DNA from: an uncultured Phycisphaerales bacterium
GTDB taxonomy: Bacteria; Planctomycetota; Phycisphaerae; Tepidisphaerales; Tepidisphaeraceae
Direction of reading: 5' to 3'
DNA length: 64,000 bases
NCBI GenBank assembly: GCA_963844715.1
Contig: CAWJPJ010000003.1
Span: 39,458 to 103,457 of the forward strand
The notes beneath the pieces are model-generated. The model had not been told where the DNA came from. It searched no databases and saw nothing but the letters and a program-made list of their open reading frames with translations. Below, in pieces: positions 44,249 to 56,415 of this stretch; position 1 is the stretch's first letter, and every line of letters begins with the position of its first letter. A program made the position numbers and the translations under genes.

Positions 44249-46632
44249 ATGAACGCCATTGTTGAATCCAAATCGGCGCCGCCCGTCGGATTATCCGAGC
44301 CCGTCTTGCGTTGCCGCTGGCAAATTACCGGCCGCGTACAGGGCGTGGGATTTCGGCCGCTTGTCTTTCGTCTGGCACGCAGAATCCCGATTCATGGAGC
44401 TGTATGGAATGATTCGCAGGGCGTGATCGCCGAGGGTCAGGGAACGCGCCGCCAGCTCGACGAATTTGTCGCCGCGCTCCGCGCCGAAGCGCCCGCGGCC
44501 GCAGTGATTCGCCAAATTATCGAGCGGCCGATCCCGGTGCGGGAAGAGAGCGGGAGTTTCGAGATTCGCCGCTCCCCGCAGGTGACGGCCGCCACCGCTG
44601 AAGTGGCCGCCGACCTCGCACTTTGTCCGGATTGTCTTGCGGAAATTCGCGATCCGGCAAATGACCGGCGCCACGGATACGCCCTGACCAACTGCACCAA
44701 CTGCGGGCCGCGATTCAGCATCATTCGCACCGTACCGTATGACCGGCTCAACACAACGATGGCCGATTTCAAGATGTGCCCGGCCTGCCGGGGGAATATG
44801 AAGATCCCAATGATCGCCGCTTTCACGCTCAGCCGACGGCATGCCGCGGCTGCGGACCGCAATTGCGATTGCTCGATCCGCGCGGAAGCCAAATCGACGA
44901 AGACCCCATTCGGGGAACCGCCGAGCGCCTGGTGCGCGGGCAAATCGTCGCAGTCAAGGGCATCGGTGGATTTCACCTGGCCGTTCGCGCCGACAACCAG
45001 GCAGCCGTCGCCCGTCTGCGCGAGTTAAAACACCGGCCCGCCAAGCCATTCGCTCTGATCTGCGTTTCATTGAAGGCGGCTCGCCGGCTGGCGCGGTTTA
45101 GCCCAGCCGGCGAGACGCTGATCGCATCCCCGGCCGCTCCGATCGTGCTGGCCGCACGCGTTGCCGACGCTCCGATTGCGCCCGCCGTCGCGCCGGGTCA
45201 ACACCGTCTGGGCGTCATGCTGGCCTACACGCCGCTGCATCATCTGATTTTCGACCGGCTCCAGACATCCGGCGTCGACACGCTTGTCATGACCAGCGGC
45301 AACGACATCGACGAGCCGCTGGTGTTTGATGACCGCGACGCGATTGGCCGCCTCGGCGAATTGTGCGACGCGATCCTGACTCACGATCGGCCGATACAGC
45401 GGGCGGTTGATGATTCCATCGTTATCGATTCGGCGGCCGCTCCTATTTTCGTTCGCCGCGCCCGTGGTTACGTTCCGACACCCATCGCGCTGTCTCCAAC
45501 CTGCGACGCGCCGCCAGGGCTGGCCGTCGGGGCTGAACTGAAATCCACCGTCGCTACATATCGTGATGGCCACGCCGTCCTTAGCCAGCACCTGGGGAAT
45601 CTCACCTGCGCTCGCACCTTTGAAGCATTCAAGCATGCGATCACCGATATCTGCGAATTGTTTTCCGTCACACCACAGTGGATCGCGCACGATCTGCATC
45701 CGGCGTATCTCAGCACGCAATATGCCCGGCAACTGGCGGATCAATGGGCCGTGCCGCTCGTCGGCGTGCAACACCATCATGCCCATGCCGCGGCGGTTTT
45801 GGCGGAAAACCAAACAACCCGCCCGGCCCTGGCTTTGATTTGCGACGGCACCGGTTACGGCACCGACGGAACGATCTGGGGCGGGGAATTGCTGATCGCC
45901 TCACGCGCTGATTTCCGCCGGATCGAACGACTTCGGCCCATGCTTCTGCCCGGCGGAGATGCCTGCGCCAAACAGCCGTGGCGATTGCGCCTGTCGCTTT
46001 TGCACGCGGCCTTCGGGCCCGATTTCGTGCGATTGCCGATTTGCCGTCGTTTGGCGAATTCGGAACAACTGCAATTCGTGCAACAGATGTTGCTCGACGG
46101 CGTCTCCTGCGTTCAGAGTAGTTCGACCGGCCGTCTTTTCGACGGCGTCGCGGCACTGTTGGGTTTGTGCCGCGAAAACCGCTTCGACGCCGAAGCGCCC
46201 ATGGCGCTGGAGGCCGCCGCGGTTCAATCAGGAAACGCGGTTCGATTGTTGAAAGAGGCCTATCGGCTGAGAGAAACCGACGGCCTGATCGAAATTGATC
46301 TGACGCCCCTGATTCGAAAAATCGCATACGGCGCGGGACACAATGGATCGGCGAACGAATTGGCGTTGCTCTTTCACGAAACGCTGGCCGCGGCCTGGGC
46401 CGCCGCTATCGAGCGGGCGATGCAAAAAACCGACCTGCGCACCGTCGCGCTGAGCGGCGGCGTCTTCTGCAACGAATTGTTCGCCAACTTGCTCAGCCGG
46501 CGATTGGAGCAACTTGGCGCCCAGGTTTTGCGGCACCGCGCGATTTCCCCCAACGATGGCGGGATCGCCTACGGCCAGGCGGCGGTGGCGTCGGCGCGAT
46601 TGAACCAGAAAGTGAGGCCAGCATGTGTTTAG
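44249..46632 (+). CDS. hypF: Hydrogenase maturation carbamoyltransferase (frameshift ~44795)
   Basis: GRVQGVGFRP, CPDC..NCTNCGPR, RRFHAQPTACRGCGP, KGIGGFHL, QHHHAH, DGTGYG, SGGVF.N and PNDGGIAYGQ. Confidence 0.95.
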
Positions 46633-46850
46633 CGGTTCCAGCCCGGCTCGTTTCCTGTCGCGGCACCAGCGCAACGGCAGATTTGCACGGCAATCGCGTG
46701 GAGATCTGCACGCTGCTGGTCCCCCAATGCAAAAAAGGCGATTGGGTTCTTATCCATGCCGGCTTCGCCATTCAGGCTTTGGATGAGCAGGAGGCACAGG
46801 ACACCTGGGCCGTCGTCAACGACTTACGAAGAGCGGGAGGCAAGTCATGA
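46623..46850 (+). CDS. hypC: Hydrogenase maturation chaperone
   Basis: MCLAVPA...GDWVLIHAGFAI. Confidence 0.95.
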   Translation: MCLAVPARLVSCRGTSATADLHGNRVEICTLLVPQCKKGDWVLIHAGFAIQALDEQEAQDTWAVVNDLRRAGGKS

Positions 46851-47965
46851 TTTCCACCGCCGTCCTGAACACACAAGGCCAGACTGATGAATCGCTGCAC
46901 AGGCTCAAAGCCGCGGCGGCTCGGTTGACGCGTCCCGTGAAATTCATGGAAGTCTGCGGGACGCACACGATGAGCGCTTTTCGCTGCGGCCTGCACAGCC
47001 TGATGCCGCCGAATGTAACGCTTTTGAGCGGACCCGGCTGCCCGGTGTGCGTAACCTCGCAGCGCGATATCGATCAACTGATTGATCTGGCCCGTCAACC
47101 CGGCGTGACGCTTTGCACCTATGGCGACATGCTTCGGGTTGTCGGGTCGAACGGAAGCCTGGAACAGTGCCGCGCGGAAGGAGCGGATATCCGGGTGGTT
47201 TATTCCAGCCTCGATGCGGTGAAGTTGGCGGCGTCGAACTCTCATCGCCAGGTGGTGTTTGCCGCCGTGGGTTTTGAAACAACCACGCCGGCTACGGCCG
47301 CGGCCGTGCTCGAAGCCGATCGGCTGAAGCTGGGCAACTTTTCGATTTTTGCGAGCCACAAGCTCATTATCCCGGCAATGCGGGCGCTGCTGGAGAGCGG
47401 CGATGTGAAAGTCGATGGGTTTCTCTGTCCCGGGCATGTCTGCGTCATCATCGGCGCGGCGGTGTTCGAGCCGATCGTGGATGAATTTCATCTTCCCTGC
47501 GTGATCGCCGGTTTCGAGGGTCCGCAAATCGCGGCGGCTCTGGCGCGGCTGACGGAATTGGTCGCGGATGGCAAACCCGCGCTTGAAAATCTTTACTCTC
47601 AAGCGGTGACGGAACAAGGCAACCAGGCGGCGCGGCAAATGATTGAGAAGATTTTTCAGCCGGCAGACTGGCACTGGCGCGGGTTGGGCGAATTAAAAGG
47701 CAGCGGCCTGGCGCTTCGCCCGGAATATGCGAGCTACGATGCCCGACGTCGATTTGCACTGGCGACGCCGACCGGCAAAGAACCGCCCGGATGCCGCTGC
47801 GGCGATGTGATTACCGGACGTGCCACACCCGCCGATTGCAAGCTTTTCGGCGTTCTCTGCACACCCGTCCGCGCGCTGGGACCGTGCATGGTCAGTTCAG
47901 AAGGAACCTGTCAGGCATGGTTCAAATATCACCGGGTCGGAATTACACGAAAGGTCCGGGTGTAA
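46847..47965 (+). CDS. hypD: Hydrogenase formation protein
   Basis: MEVCGTHT, GPGCPVC, GFETT, PGHV and GPCMVSSEGTC. Confidence 0.97.
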   Translation: MISTAVLNTQGQTDESLHRLKAAAARLTRPVKFMEVCGTHTMSAFRCGLHSLMPPNVTLLSGPGCPVCVTSQRDIDQLIDLARQPGVTLCTYGDMLRVVGSNGSLEQCRAEGADIRVVYSSLDAVKLAASNSHRQVVFAAVGFETTTPATAAAVLEADRLKLGNFSIFASHKLIIPAMRALLESGDVKVDGFLCPGHVCVIIGAAVFEPIVDEFHLPCVIAGFEGPQIAAALARLTELVADGKPALENLYSQAVTEQGNQAARQMIEKIFQPADWHWRGLGELKGSGLALRPEYASYDARRRFALATPTGKEPPGCRCGDVITGRATPADCKLFGVLCTPVRALGPCMVSSEGTCQAWFKYHRVGITRKVRV

Positions 47966-47967
47966 TC

Positions 47968-49014
47968 ATGACCGGCCGAACGATCGCTCCGAGATCGCCA
48001 GTCAATCAAACCGTCGGTCCGCGGATTACGCTCGCTCACGGCGGCGGGGGGCAATTGACGGATGACCTGTTCGTTTCGTGCATTCTTCCGCGGCTGGGCA
48101 ACCATGTGTTGAACGAATTGCTCGATTCGGCCGTGATGCCCGGCGCGGACCGGATCGCAATGTCGATCGACAGTTATATCGTGCATCCGCTGAAGTTTCC
48201 GGGCGGCGATATCGGACGGCTTTCAATCAGCGGCACGGTCAACGATTTATCTGTTTGCGGCGCCAGGCCGCTTGGGATCGCGCTGAGCCTTATTCTGACC
48301 GAGGGGCTGGAACGGTCGGTTCTGGAAGACGTTCTGGATTCGATTGCCGCCACCGCGGCCGATGCCGGTGTGCGTGTCGTGACCGGGGACACCAAGGTCG
48401 TGGGCCGTGGGCAGGGCGATGGAATTTACATAACGACGGCGGGAATTGGAGCAGTTGGCGCCAGCAACCTTCATCCGACCGCGGTTCGTCCCGGCGATGT
48501 GCTGATCATCAGCGGCACGATCGCCGACCACGGGATGGCGGTGATGCTCGCCCGCGAAATGCCGCAGGTGCACAGCGCCGTGCGAAGCGACGTTGCGCCG
48601 CTGAATAAAATGATCCACAGCCTTCTGGACCAGGTTTCGGGCGTGGTTTTTCTTCGCGATCCGACGCGCGGCGGATTGGCCGGCGTGGCGGCGGATTTGG
48701 CGGCGCGCACCGGGTTGCGGGTCACGCTTTACGAAAAAGATATTCCCATCCGTCCCGAAACGTGGCATGCCGCCGACATGCTCGGCATCGATCCGCTCGA
48801 CGTCGCCAACGAAGGCAAAATTGTTGTCGTGGTGCGACCCGATTCAGCGGAACGCGCGATCGGCGTGCTGCAGGCGGATTCGCATGGCAAGGATGCGCAG
48901 ATCATCGGCGTCGTCGGCGCGGACGCCGACGGAATTTGCGAGCTGCGCACCACGATGGGTGGAAGCCGAATCCTTCAAAAGCCTTACGGAGAGCAATTGC
49001 CGCGAATTTGTTAA
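47968..49014 (+). CDS. hypE: Hydrogenase maturation protein
   Basis: LAHGGGG, FPGGDIG, GTVNDL, GDTKVV, RDPTRGG, ANEGK and C-terminal PRIC. Confidence 0.97.
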   Translation: MTGRTIAPRSPVNQTVGPRITLAHGGGGQLTDDLFVSCILPRLGNHVLNELLDSAVMPGADRIAMSIDSYIVHPLKFPGGDIGRLSISGTVNDLSVCGARPLGIALSLILTEGLERSVLEDVLDSIAATAADAGVRVVTGDTKVVGRGQGDGIYITTAGIGAVGASNLHPTAVRPGDVLIISGTIADHGMAVMLAREMPQVHSAVRSDVAPLNKMIHSLLDQVSGVVFLRDPTRGGLAGVAADLAARTGLRVTLYEKDIPIRPETWHAADMLGIDPLDVANEGKIVVVVRPDSAERAIGVLQADSHGKDAQIIGVVGADADGICELRTTMGGSRILQKPYGEQLPRIC

Positions 49015-49032
49015 AGCACCAGAAAGTGAGTC

Positions 49033-49545
49033 ATGATGAACGGGTCACCAAAACCATTACCGATGCCATCGGCGGACAAGCGATGGCGAATCGTCGACGC
49101 GACGATGCGGCGACACGGCTACGTGGGCAATTGCCTGATCGAAACGCTTCACACGGCCCAGGAATCCTTTGGATATCTGGACGAGCCGGCGCTGCGTTTT
49201 GCCGCCGGATCGTTGAGCCTTCCGCTCAGCAAGGTCTACGGCGTCGCGACGTTCTATCACCACTTCATGCTTAAACCGCAGGGAAAACACACCTGCGTCG
49301 TCTGCCTGGGCACGGCTTGTTACATCAAGGGGGCTCAGCAATTGCTCGAGTCGCTGCAAATGAAATACGGCGTCAAGCCCGGACAGACGACCCGCGACGG
49401 ACAACTGTCGGTGCTGACGGCGCGGTGTCTGGGTTCGTGCGGGCTTGCCCCCGCCGCGGTGCTGGACGGCGCGGTGCTCGGCAAGGTCGGCAGCGAGGAT
49501 TTGGTCCATCGCGTTGAAAAGCAGGTGACACATGACCGTGGATGA
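49033..49545 (+). CDS. hoxE: Bidirectional hydrogenase subunit HoxE
   Basis: [34 protein letters not shown] and [10 protein letters not shown]. Confidence 0.93.
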   Translation: MMNGSPKPLPMPSADKRWRIVDATMRRHGYVGNCLIETLHTAQESFGYLDEPALRFAAGSLSLPLSKVYGVATFYHHFMLKPQGKHTCVVCLGTACYIKGAQQLLESLQMKYGVKPGQTTRDGQLSVLTARCLGSCGLAPAAVLDGAVLGKVGSEDLVHRVEKQVTHDRG

Positions 49546-51178
49546 ACTTGAAAAAATCGCGGACACGGAAAAGGAATCGTGTGCGCAGTGTCCCAATTAT
49601 CTGCATGTCTGCGTCGCGGCGGGATGTCTCTCGTCACAGAGCGATCAGGTGAAAGAGTCACTGGAAGCGCAGGTCAAGGCCAAGGGCCTTGAGGGCATCT
49701 GCCGCGTGAAAGGCGTCGGTTGCATGGGATTGTGCGCGGCGGGGCCGCTGGTGTCGCAGCCGTCGAAGAACATCATGTACCAGGGCGTCACGCCCAACGA
49801 CTCCGCGGATATTGTGGACGCTGTCGCGGCGGACAAACCGGTTCAGCGGCTGCATTGCCCGACGGATATTCCGTTTTTTACGCGGCAGAAAAAGATCGTT
49901 TTGGAAAATTCCGGCGCGATCGATCCGGAACGGATCGAGGAATATATCGCCGCCGACGGCTACGCCGCGCTGCATAAATCGCTGACAAACCTGAGCCGGA
50001 CGGATGTGATCGAGCAGGTTTCCAGGAGCGGCCTGCGCGGGCGCGGCGGGGCGGGATATCCCACCGGGCTGAAATGGAGCATGGTGTCCAAGGCGAATTC
50101 GCCGACCAAATATGTGATCTGCAACGCCGACGAGGGCGACCCCGGCGCGTTCATGGACCGCAGCGTCCTGGAAAGCGATCCGCATCGCGTGCTGGAGGGG
50201 ATGGCCATCGCCGCGTACGCGGTGGGGGCGAGCCAGGGATATATCTATGTGCGTTCTGAATATCCGCTGGCGGTGAAGCGGCTGAAAATTGCGATTCGTC
50301 AGGCGGAGAGGCAGGGGCTTCTCGGCAGCAACATTTTCGGCACGCCGTTCAGCTTCAAGGTTGAAATTCGGCTTGGCGCCGGGGCATTTGTTTGCGGCGA
50401 AGAAACGGCATTGATCGCGAGCATCTCGGGCCAGCGCGGCCAGCCGCGCCCGCGGCCGCCGTTCCCGGCGGAATCCGGCTTGTGGGACGCGCCCACGCTC
50501 ATCAATAACGTCGAAACGTTTGCCAACATCGCGCCGATCATCCGCAACGGCGGGGACTGGTATGCCGCAATCGGCACCGAGAAGAGCAAGGGAACCAAGA
50601 CCTTCGCGCTGGCCGGAAAGGTCAACAACACCGGCCTGATTGAAATCCCGATGGGAATCACGCTGCGGGAAATCATCTTCGACATCGGCGGGGGAATTCC
50701 CGACGGGAAGAAATTCAAGGCGGTGCAGACCGGCGGGCCTTCCGGCGGGTGCATCCCCGAACAGTTTCTCGACATGCCGGTGGATTACGACTCGCTGGCC
50801 AAGGTCGGATCGATCATGGGCTCCGGCGGGATGATCATCATGGATGAAACTTCCAGCATGATCGATGTGGCGCGATTCTTCATGGAATTCTGCATGACCG
50901 AATCATGCGGGAAGTGTGTTCCTTGCCGAGTGGGGACGGTGCAAATGCACGACCTGCTCAAAAAAGTCATCGATCGCCAGGCAACGGAGCGCGATGTGAA
51001 ATTGCTGGAAGAGCTGTGCGATATGGTCAAAAGCACCAGCCTTTGCGGGCTGGGCCAGAGTGCGCCCAATCCCGTCCTGACGACGCTGCGGTATTTCCGC
51101 AAGGAATACGACGATGTTTTGCTGCCCGATGATTCGACCGCCGAGCCTGCCGCCGGTGAAAAGGAGACGGTTTCATGA
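49532..51178 (+). CDS. hoxF: Bidirectional hydrogenase diaphorase subunit HoxF
   Basis: N-terminal 2Fe-2S (VCVAAGC..GCMGLC), [38 protein letters not shown] and [16 protein letters not shown]. Confidence 0.95.
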   Translation: MTVDELEKIADTEKESCAQCPNYLHVCVAAGCLSSQSDQVKESLEAQVKAKGLEGICRVKGVGCMGLCAAGPLVSQPSKNIMYQGVTPNDSADIVDAVAADKPVQRLHCPTDIPFFTRQKKIVLENSGAIDPERIEEYIAADGYAALHKSLTNLSRTDVIEQVSRSGLRGRGGAGYPTGLKWSMVSKANSPTKYVICNADEGDPGAFMDRSVLESDPHRVLEGMAIAAYAVGASQGYIYVRSEYPLAVKRLKIAIRQAERQGLLGSNIFGTPFSFKVEIRLGAGAFVCGEETALIASISGQRGQPRPRPPFPAESGLWDAPTLINNVETFANIAPIIRNGGDWYAAIGTEKSKGTKTFALAGKVNNTGLIEIPMGITLREIIFDIGGGIPDGKKFKAVQTGGPSGGCIPEQFLDMPVDYDSLAKVGSIMGSGGMIIMDETSSMIDVARFFMEFCMTESCGKCVPCRVGTVQMHDLLKKVIDRQATERDVKLLEELCDMVKSTSLCGLGQSAPNPVLTTLRYFRKEYDDVLLPDDSTAEPAAGEKETVS

Positions 51179-51894
51179 ATGCCTCCACGCCTGTCGTGAC
51201 GTTGAAGATTGACGGCAAAGACGTCGGCGGCCGCGCTGACGAAACCATTCTCGACGTCTGCAAACAAAATAAAATCCATGTTCCCACGCTCTGCTTCATG
51301 GAAGGCTTGTCGGGCTGGGGCGCCTGCCGGCTTTGCCTGGTCGAGGTGAAAGGGATCAACAAGCTCCTCCCGGCCTGCATGACGAAGGTGGCCGAGGGAA
51401 TGGAAATCACGACAAACTCCCCGCGCTTGCAAAAATACCGGCAAATGATTGTGCAGATGCTTTTTTCCGAGCGGAATCACGTTTGCTCGGTCTGCGTCTC
51501 CAACGGCCATTGCGAGCTGCAGAATCTGGCGGTGGAGATGCAGATCACGCATATCGATATTCCCTATCGGTATCCAAAGCTGCCGTTCGATTCCTCGCAC
51601 GATCTTTTCCGGCTGGATCACAACCGTTGCGTTCTTTGCACGCGCTGCGTGCGCGTCTGCGACGAAATCGAAGGGGCGCACACCTGGGACGTGGCCGGAC
51701 GCGGCGTGGAATCGCGCGTCATCATCGACCTCGATCAACCCTGGGCCGATTCGACGAGCTGCACCGGTTGCGGAAAATGCGTGCGCATCTGCCCGACCGG
51801 AGCACTGACCCGCAAGGGAACCGGCGTCGCCGAAATGGAAAAAGACGGCGGCTTTCTGCCGTACCTCACGAAAATGCGGGAGAATCAATCATGA
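51175..51894 (+). CDS. hoxU: Bidirectional hydrogenase subunit HoxU
   Basis: [34 protein letters not shown] and [12 protein letters not shown]. Confidence 0.95.
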   Translation: MNASTPVVTLKIDGKDVGGRADETILDVCKQNKIHVPTLCFMEGLSGWGACRLCLVEVKGINKLLPACMTKVAEGMEITTNSPRLQKYRQMIVQMLFSERNHVCSVCVSNGHCELQNLAVEMQITHIDIPYRYPKLPFDSSHDLFRLDHNRCVLCTRCVRVCDEIEGAHTWDVAGRGVESRVIIDLDQPWADSTSCTGCGKCVRICPTGALTRKGTGVAEMEKDGGFLPYLTKMRENQS

Positions 51895-52439
51895 GCGAAG
51901 CACCCACTAAAAAAGTTCGCCTCGCCACGGTCTGGCTGGATGGCTGTTCCGGCTGCCACATGTCGTTTCTGGACATGGACCAGCGGCTGCTGGATTTGGC
52001 GCCGCATATCGATCTGGTCTACAGCCCGCTGGTGGATCACAAGCATTTTCCCCACAGCGTCGATGTCACGCTGGTGGAAGGGTCGGTCAGCACGGATGAG
52101 GATCTGGTGAAAATCCGAAAAATCCGAACGCACACGAAATTTTTGATTGCCCTGGGGGATTGTGCGGTTACCGGCAATGTGCCGGCGATGCGCAATCCAT
52201 TCGGTGTCGACGCCATTTTTGACCGCGCTTACAACGAGAACGCGGATATTCAAAAACAGAAACCGACGCTCCATTTACCCACTTTGCTGGAACGCGAGCG
52301 GCCGGTGCACGAGGTCGTGAAAGTCGATCTGTTCGTCCCCGGCTGCCCGCCTCCGGCGGATGCCATTTATTTTGTTGTAAGCGAACTGCTCGCGGGGCGC
52401 ATGCCAAACCCCGCGGCCGTGACCCGATTTGGGCGTTAG
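51891..52439 (+). CDS. hoxY: [NiFe] hydrogenase small subunit HoxY
   Basis: ATVWLDGCSGCHMSFLD, VEGSV, ALGDCA and PGCPP. Confidence 0.95.
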   Translation: MSEAPTKKVRLATVWLDGCSGCHMSFLDMDQRLLDLAPHIDLVYSPLVDHKHFPHSVDVTLVEGSVSTDEDLVKIRKIRTHTKFLIALGDCAVTGNVPAMRNPFGVDAIFDRAYNENADIQKQKPTLHLPTLLERERPVHEVVKVDLFVPGCPPPADAIYFVVSELLAGRMPNPAAVTRFGR

Positions 52440-52452
52440 AAAGGTAATTGCA

Positions 52453-53877
52453 ATGTCTCGCGAAATAGTAATCGACCCGGTAACCCGCATCGAAGGCCAT
52501 GCGAAAATCACGCTCAAGATGGGCGATGACGGCGGAATAACCGATGCGATGTTTCACGTCACGCAATTCCGTGGGTTTGAAACCTTCTGCGCCGGCCGCC
52601 CGCTGACCGAGATGCCATCACTCATGGCTCGCACCTGCGGCATCTGCCCGGTGAGCCACCTGACCGCCGCGGCCAAGGCGTGCGACGAATTGCTCGCGGT
52701 GAAAATCCCCCAAACCGCCGCCGAGCTTCGCCGGCTGATGAATCTGGCGCAGATCGTGCAATCGCACGCGCTGAGCTTTTTCCATCTCGCGTCGCCCGAC
52801 CTGCTGATGGGGTTTGACGCCGATCCCGCCAAGCGGCACATCTTCGGCGTGTTGCAGGAAAATCCGCAACTGGCGCGCGATGGAATCCGGCTGCGGCAAA
52901 TCGGGCAGACCGTCATCGAAATCCTCGGTGGAAAGAAAATCCATCCCGCGTGGGCGGTCCCCGGCGGGGTGAATAGACCCCTCGTGGCCGCCGACCGCGA
53001 CAAAATACTGGCCATGCTACCGGAAGGTTTGCAAATCGCGCAGCGCACCCTGCAATGGTACAAGCGCATCGCGACCGGCTTCACGCCTGAGGTCCGAACG
53101 TTCGCCAATTTCCCGACGCTCTTCCTCGGTCTGGTCACCGAAACCGGCGGCCTGGAGCATTATGACGGCAATCTCCGCGTCGTCGATTCCAAGGGCGACA
53201 TCATCGTCGATCAATTCCCGCCGCAGCAGTATCAGGATTTGATCGCCGAGGCGGTCGAGCCGTTTAGCTTCATGAAGTTCCCGTATTTCAAGAAGCTCGG
53301 TTATCCGCAGGGAATTTATCGCGTCGGTCCGTTGGCGCGGCTTAACCTGATCGATCATTGCGGTACGCCGATCGCCGATCAGGAATGGGCGGAGTTCCGG
53401 GAGATTCAGCGCGGCGCGGTTTTAAGTTCGTTCCATTATCACCATGCCCGACTCATCGAGATTATTTACGGCATCGAAATGATGCAGAAAATCTTGAACT
53501 CCCCGAGCATTCTCGACACCAAAGTTCGCGCCCGCGCCCGGCCCAATCGAAGCGAGGGCGTCGGCGTCGCCGAAGCGCCGCGCGGCACGCTCATTCACCA
53601 TTACCGAATTGACGACAACGGGCTGGTGACCTGGGCCAATCTGATCATCGCGACGGGACACAACAATCTGGCGATGAACCGAGGCATCCTGCAGGCTGCG
53701 CAGCATTTTATTTCCGGCGACAAAATTTCCGAAGGGGCGCTCAATCGCGTCGAAGCGGTGATTCGTTGTTACGACCCGTGTCTTTCCTGCGCGACCCACG
53801 CAATCGGAAAGATGCCGATCAGAATCGAGCTGGTCAATTCAACCAACGGAGTGATCCATGCAATCGAACGAAACTGA
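52453..53877 (+). CDS. hoxH: [NiFe] hydrogenase large subunit HoxH (group 3d)
   Basis: PVTRIEGH, L1 RTCGICPVSH, EAPRGTL.HHY and L2 YDPCLSCATH with a C-terminal extension. Confidence 0.96.
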   Translation: MSREIVIDPVTRIEGHAKITLKMGDDGGITDAMFHVTQFRGFETFCAGRPLTEMPSLMARTCGICPVSHLTAAAKACDELLAVKIPQTAAELRRLMNLAQIVQSHALSFFHLASPDLLMGFDADPAKRHIFGVLQENPQLARDGIRLRQIGQTVIEILGGKKIHPAWAVPGGVNRPLVAADRDKILAMLPEGLQIAQRTLQWYKRIATGFTPEVRTFANFPTLFLGLVTETGGLEHYDGNLRVVDSKGDIIVDQFPPQQYQDLIAEAVEPFSFMKFPYFKKLGYPQGIYRVGPLARLNLIDHCGTPIADQEWAEFREIQRGAVLSSFHYHHARLIEIIYGIEMMQKILNSPSILDTKVRARARPNRSEGVGVAEAPRGTLIHHYRIDDNGLVTWANLIIATGHNNLAMNRGILQAAQHFISGDKISEGALNRVEAVIRCYDPCLSCATHAIGKMPIRIELVNSTNGVIHAIERN

Positions 53878-54370
53878 AGCTCCCGTTCTGGTGATCGGTT
53901 ATGGCAACACGTTGCGGGGCGACGACGGCGCCGGCCCGGCGGCGGCGGAGGCGCTGCGCGATCGGCTCCCGGCGAGACTGGCGGAAGTGGTGGCCGTTCA
54001 TCAGCTCCTGCCGGAATTGACCGAGCCGCTCAGCCGGTCCAGCCTGGCCATTTTCATCGACGCTGATTGGCAAACCTCGCCGGGCAAAGTGCATAAGAAG
54101 ACTTTGAAGCCGAACCATGAAGAGAGCAAAACGATCGGGCATCATCAGTCTCCCGAGAATTTGCTGAACATGGCCCGTGAACTTTACGGTCACGCGCCGC
54201 CGGCGTTGCTGTTTCAAGTCGGCGCCGTGGACTTTGGATATCAGGAAGGCCTGTCCGAACCAGTGCGGCGGGCAATCTCAAAATTAATCAAAGAAGTGGT
54301 CCAGACCGTCGAAAAAGCTGCCGCCAAGGCGAAGCCTGACGCGCAAAAGCGGGAGCGCCATCATGCATGA
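53858..54370 (+). CDS. hoxW: Hydrogenase maturation protease
   Basis: LVIGYGNTLRGDDGAG, HQLLPEL, FIDA and GHH. Directly follows hoxH. Confidence 0.88.
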   Translation: MQSNETEAPVLVIGYGNTLRGDDGAGPAAAEALRDRLPARLAEVVAVHQLLPELTEPLSRSSLAIFIDADWQTSPGKVHKKTLKPNHEESKTIGHHQSPENLLNMARELYGHAPPALLFQVGAVDFGYQEGLSEPVRRAISKLIKEVVQTVEKAAAKAKPDAQKRERHHA

Positions 54371-54741
54371 GCTATCAATTGCCGAGGGTATTTTGAATCT
54401 GGCTCGCCGAAACGTGCCGTACGGGCGCCGTGTTGCTGTCCGTACGCGTCAACGCGGGTCCGATGCGCGGGATCGATCCGCGGTGCATGGAGCTCGCCTG
54501 GACTGCATTGGGCCGATCGGACGTGTCTTTGAAACTAACCGTCCTTCCCTGGCGGATGCAATGCGGCGAATGCGGCCGGCAGTGGGAACAAGCGGAACTA
54601 GCCGAACGATGCGCCTGCGGATCCTCGCGGGTGCGCCCGATCGGAGGGGATGAATTGCAGTTGCTTTCCATCGAAGTGGATGATGCCGAAGAAATTGACA
54701 GGAGGCGATCATGTTTGTGCAAGTTGTCGAAAACGTACTGA
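54363..54741 (+). CDS. hypA: Hydrogenase nickel chaperone (frameshift ~54425)
   Basis: MHELSIAEGI, CGECG...CACGS...GGDELQLLSIEV. Confidence 0.9.
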
Positions 54742-55466
54742 AACTGAACGACGAGATGGCCGCGTTGAACCGCCGCCGGCTGCGGAAGGCGGGGGTTTTC
54801 ACGGTTGATCTAATGGGCGCGCCGGGATGCGGAAAAACCGCCCTCATCGAGGCCACGCTACAGCGTCTGCCTGCGGATCTGCGCACCGGCGTCATCGTCG
54901 GCGATTTGACCACCCAGCGCGACGCCGACCGCATGGCAAAATTCACGGATCATGTCGTGCAGATCAATACCGGCAAGGGTTGTCATCTCGAAGCCCATCA
55001 CATCATGCAAGGCATGTCGCGACTTGATATCGAAAATCTGGATCTCCTTTTTATCGAAAATGTCGGCAACCTGATCTGTCCGGTCGGATTCGATCTGGGC
55101 CAGGACGTGAAAGTGGGCATGTTCTGCACCACAGGCGGCGACGATAAGGCCGCCAAGCATCCGTATATCGTCTGCGAATCGTCTCTTCTGCTGCTCAACA
55201 AAACCGATCTGCTGAACTATGTTCCATTCAACCTGTCGTTATTCCGCGACGACGTTCACCGGCTCAATCCCGATGTCGAACTGATGGAACTGTCGGCCAT
55301 CAGCGCCGACGGGATGGATGCCTGGATCAATTGGCTCGACGCGCAGCGGCAAGCATCAAATCTGAAATCATTGCATCAAACTGCAAACACCCGGATAATC
55401 TGCGCCGACGAAATGACGAATCCATGTGTGGTCAATACCGCCACGGCGAGATGCGGACTTTTATGA
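54711..55466 (+). CDS. hypB: Hydrogenase nickel incorporation GTPase (canonical)
   Basis: [38 protein letters not shown] and NKTDL. Confidence 0.95.
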   Translation: MFVQVVENVLKLNDEMAALNRRRLRKAGVFTVDLMGAPGCGKTALIEATLQRLPADLRTGVIVGDLTTQRDADRMAKFTDHVVQINTGKGCHLEAHHIMQGMSRLDIENLDLLFIENVGNLICPVGFDLGQDVKVGMFCTTGGDDKAAKHPYIVCESSLLLLNKTDLLNYVPFNLSLFRDDVHRLNPDVELMELSAISADGMDAWINWLDAQRQASNLKSLHQTANTRIICADEMTNPCVVNTATARCGLL

Positions 55467-56415
55467 GATCGCCAAATCCGAGCGATTCGACATGCCCATC
55501 GCAGAAGGCGATGTTGATGACACCCCCAATATGGCGATCGGCTTTTGACGGGTTATATGGCTCCTTGGCCAAAGGAATACGATTGCCAAGCCAAGAGGCT
55601 GCGGCGATGTCGGACATTCGGCCGCCGGAACAATAGTTTGAAGTGTAATACAGGCAATCGTTGTAATCCAAAGGGCTCACAATCGCTCCGGATTGCGGCC
55701 TGGTGCCGCAGTCAGCGAAAAGCAGTGTCTCAGCGGATTTGTAGACGCGGTCAAGACGACAGCGGAGTGGTTGGCCGAGTTTGCCCGGAGCATTGTTGTC
55801 CCCGAATACGCTGTAAGAGTTACCTGCAACGGCGAATACAGTATTGCCAAACTGATCTGTCAGCATCGTCATGTCGGCATTGATACCGTAGGAAATGGGG
55901 AAATAGGGTCCGCCGCTCACGTTGTTGAACAGGCGATAACCAGGATTCGATCCGGTAAGCCACACGTCGCTGGGGCATTGAAAAACCTTCGTCTGGGTTT
56001 GCGGGGCGTTCTCGAAGTTGCTGTCCCCTGTACTGTCCTTGCCGCCCTGACCGAGATAAGGAATCAGGGAACTGGCCCAGTCTTTCGCGACGTAGTTTGT
56101 GGGTGGGTAAGTGGCACCGCTTGGAGTGGGATTATCACGATAGGCGAAATAAGAAGCCGGCATGGTATCGTTGATCTTGGCCCACTTATCATCGCAGACC
56201 GTCGGCAGACGACGCTGGTGATCGTTCGCAAAAAGCAGCGCGGCCGTTACCAATTGCCGCAAGTTGGATTGACACTGAATCAGTTGTGCCTGTGCCCGCG
56301 CTTTGTTGAGCGCCGGCAAGAGTATTCCGATCAAGACCGCAATGATGCCGATCACAACCAGCAGTTCGACAAGCGTGAATCCGTTTGCTTTGCTTTTGCC
56401 CTGACCTTGTTTCAT
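55432..56415 (-). CDS. DUF1559 prepilin-type N-terminal cleavage/methylation protein with H-X9-DG motif
   Basis: [40 protein letters not shown] and [15 protein letters not shown]. Confidence 0.92.
   Translation of the reverse strand: MKQGQGKSKANGFTLVELLVVIGIIAVLIGILLPALNKARAQAQLIQCQSNLRQLVTAALLFANDHQRRLPTVCDDKWAKINDTMPASYFAYRDNPTPSGATYPPTNYVAKDWASSLIPYLGQGGKDSTGDSNFENAPQTQTKVFQCPSDVWLTGSNPGYRLFNNVSGGPYFPISYGINADMTMLTDQFGNTVFAVAGNSYSVFGDNNAPGKLGQPLRCRLDRVYKSAETLLFADCGTRPQSGAIVSPLDYNDCLYYTSNYCSGGRMSDIAAASWLGNRIPLAKEPYNPSKADRHIGGVINIAFCDGHVESLGFGDLIKVRISPWRY

Noticed and set aside
55432..55466. 35-bp convergent overlap of hypB and the DUF1559 gene as antisense control
   Set aside because: Short tail overlaps are common, and this one may reflect a lost stop or an indel.
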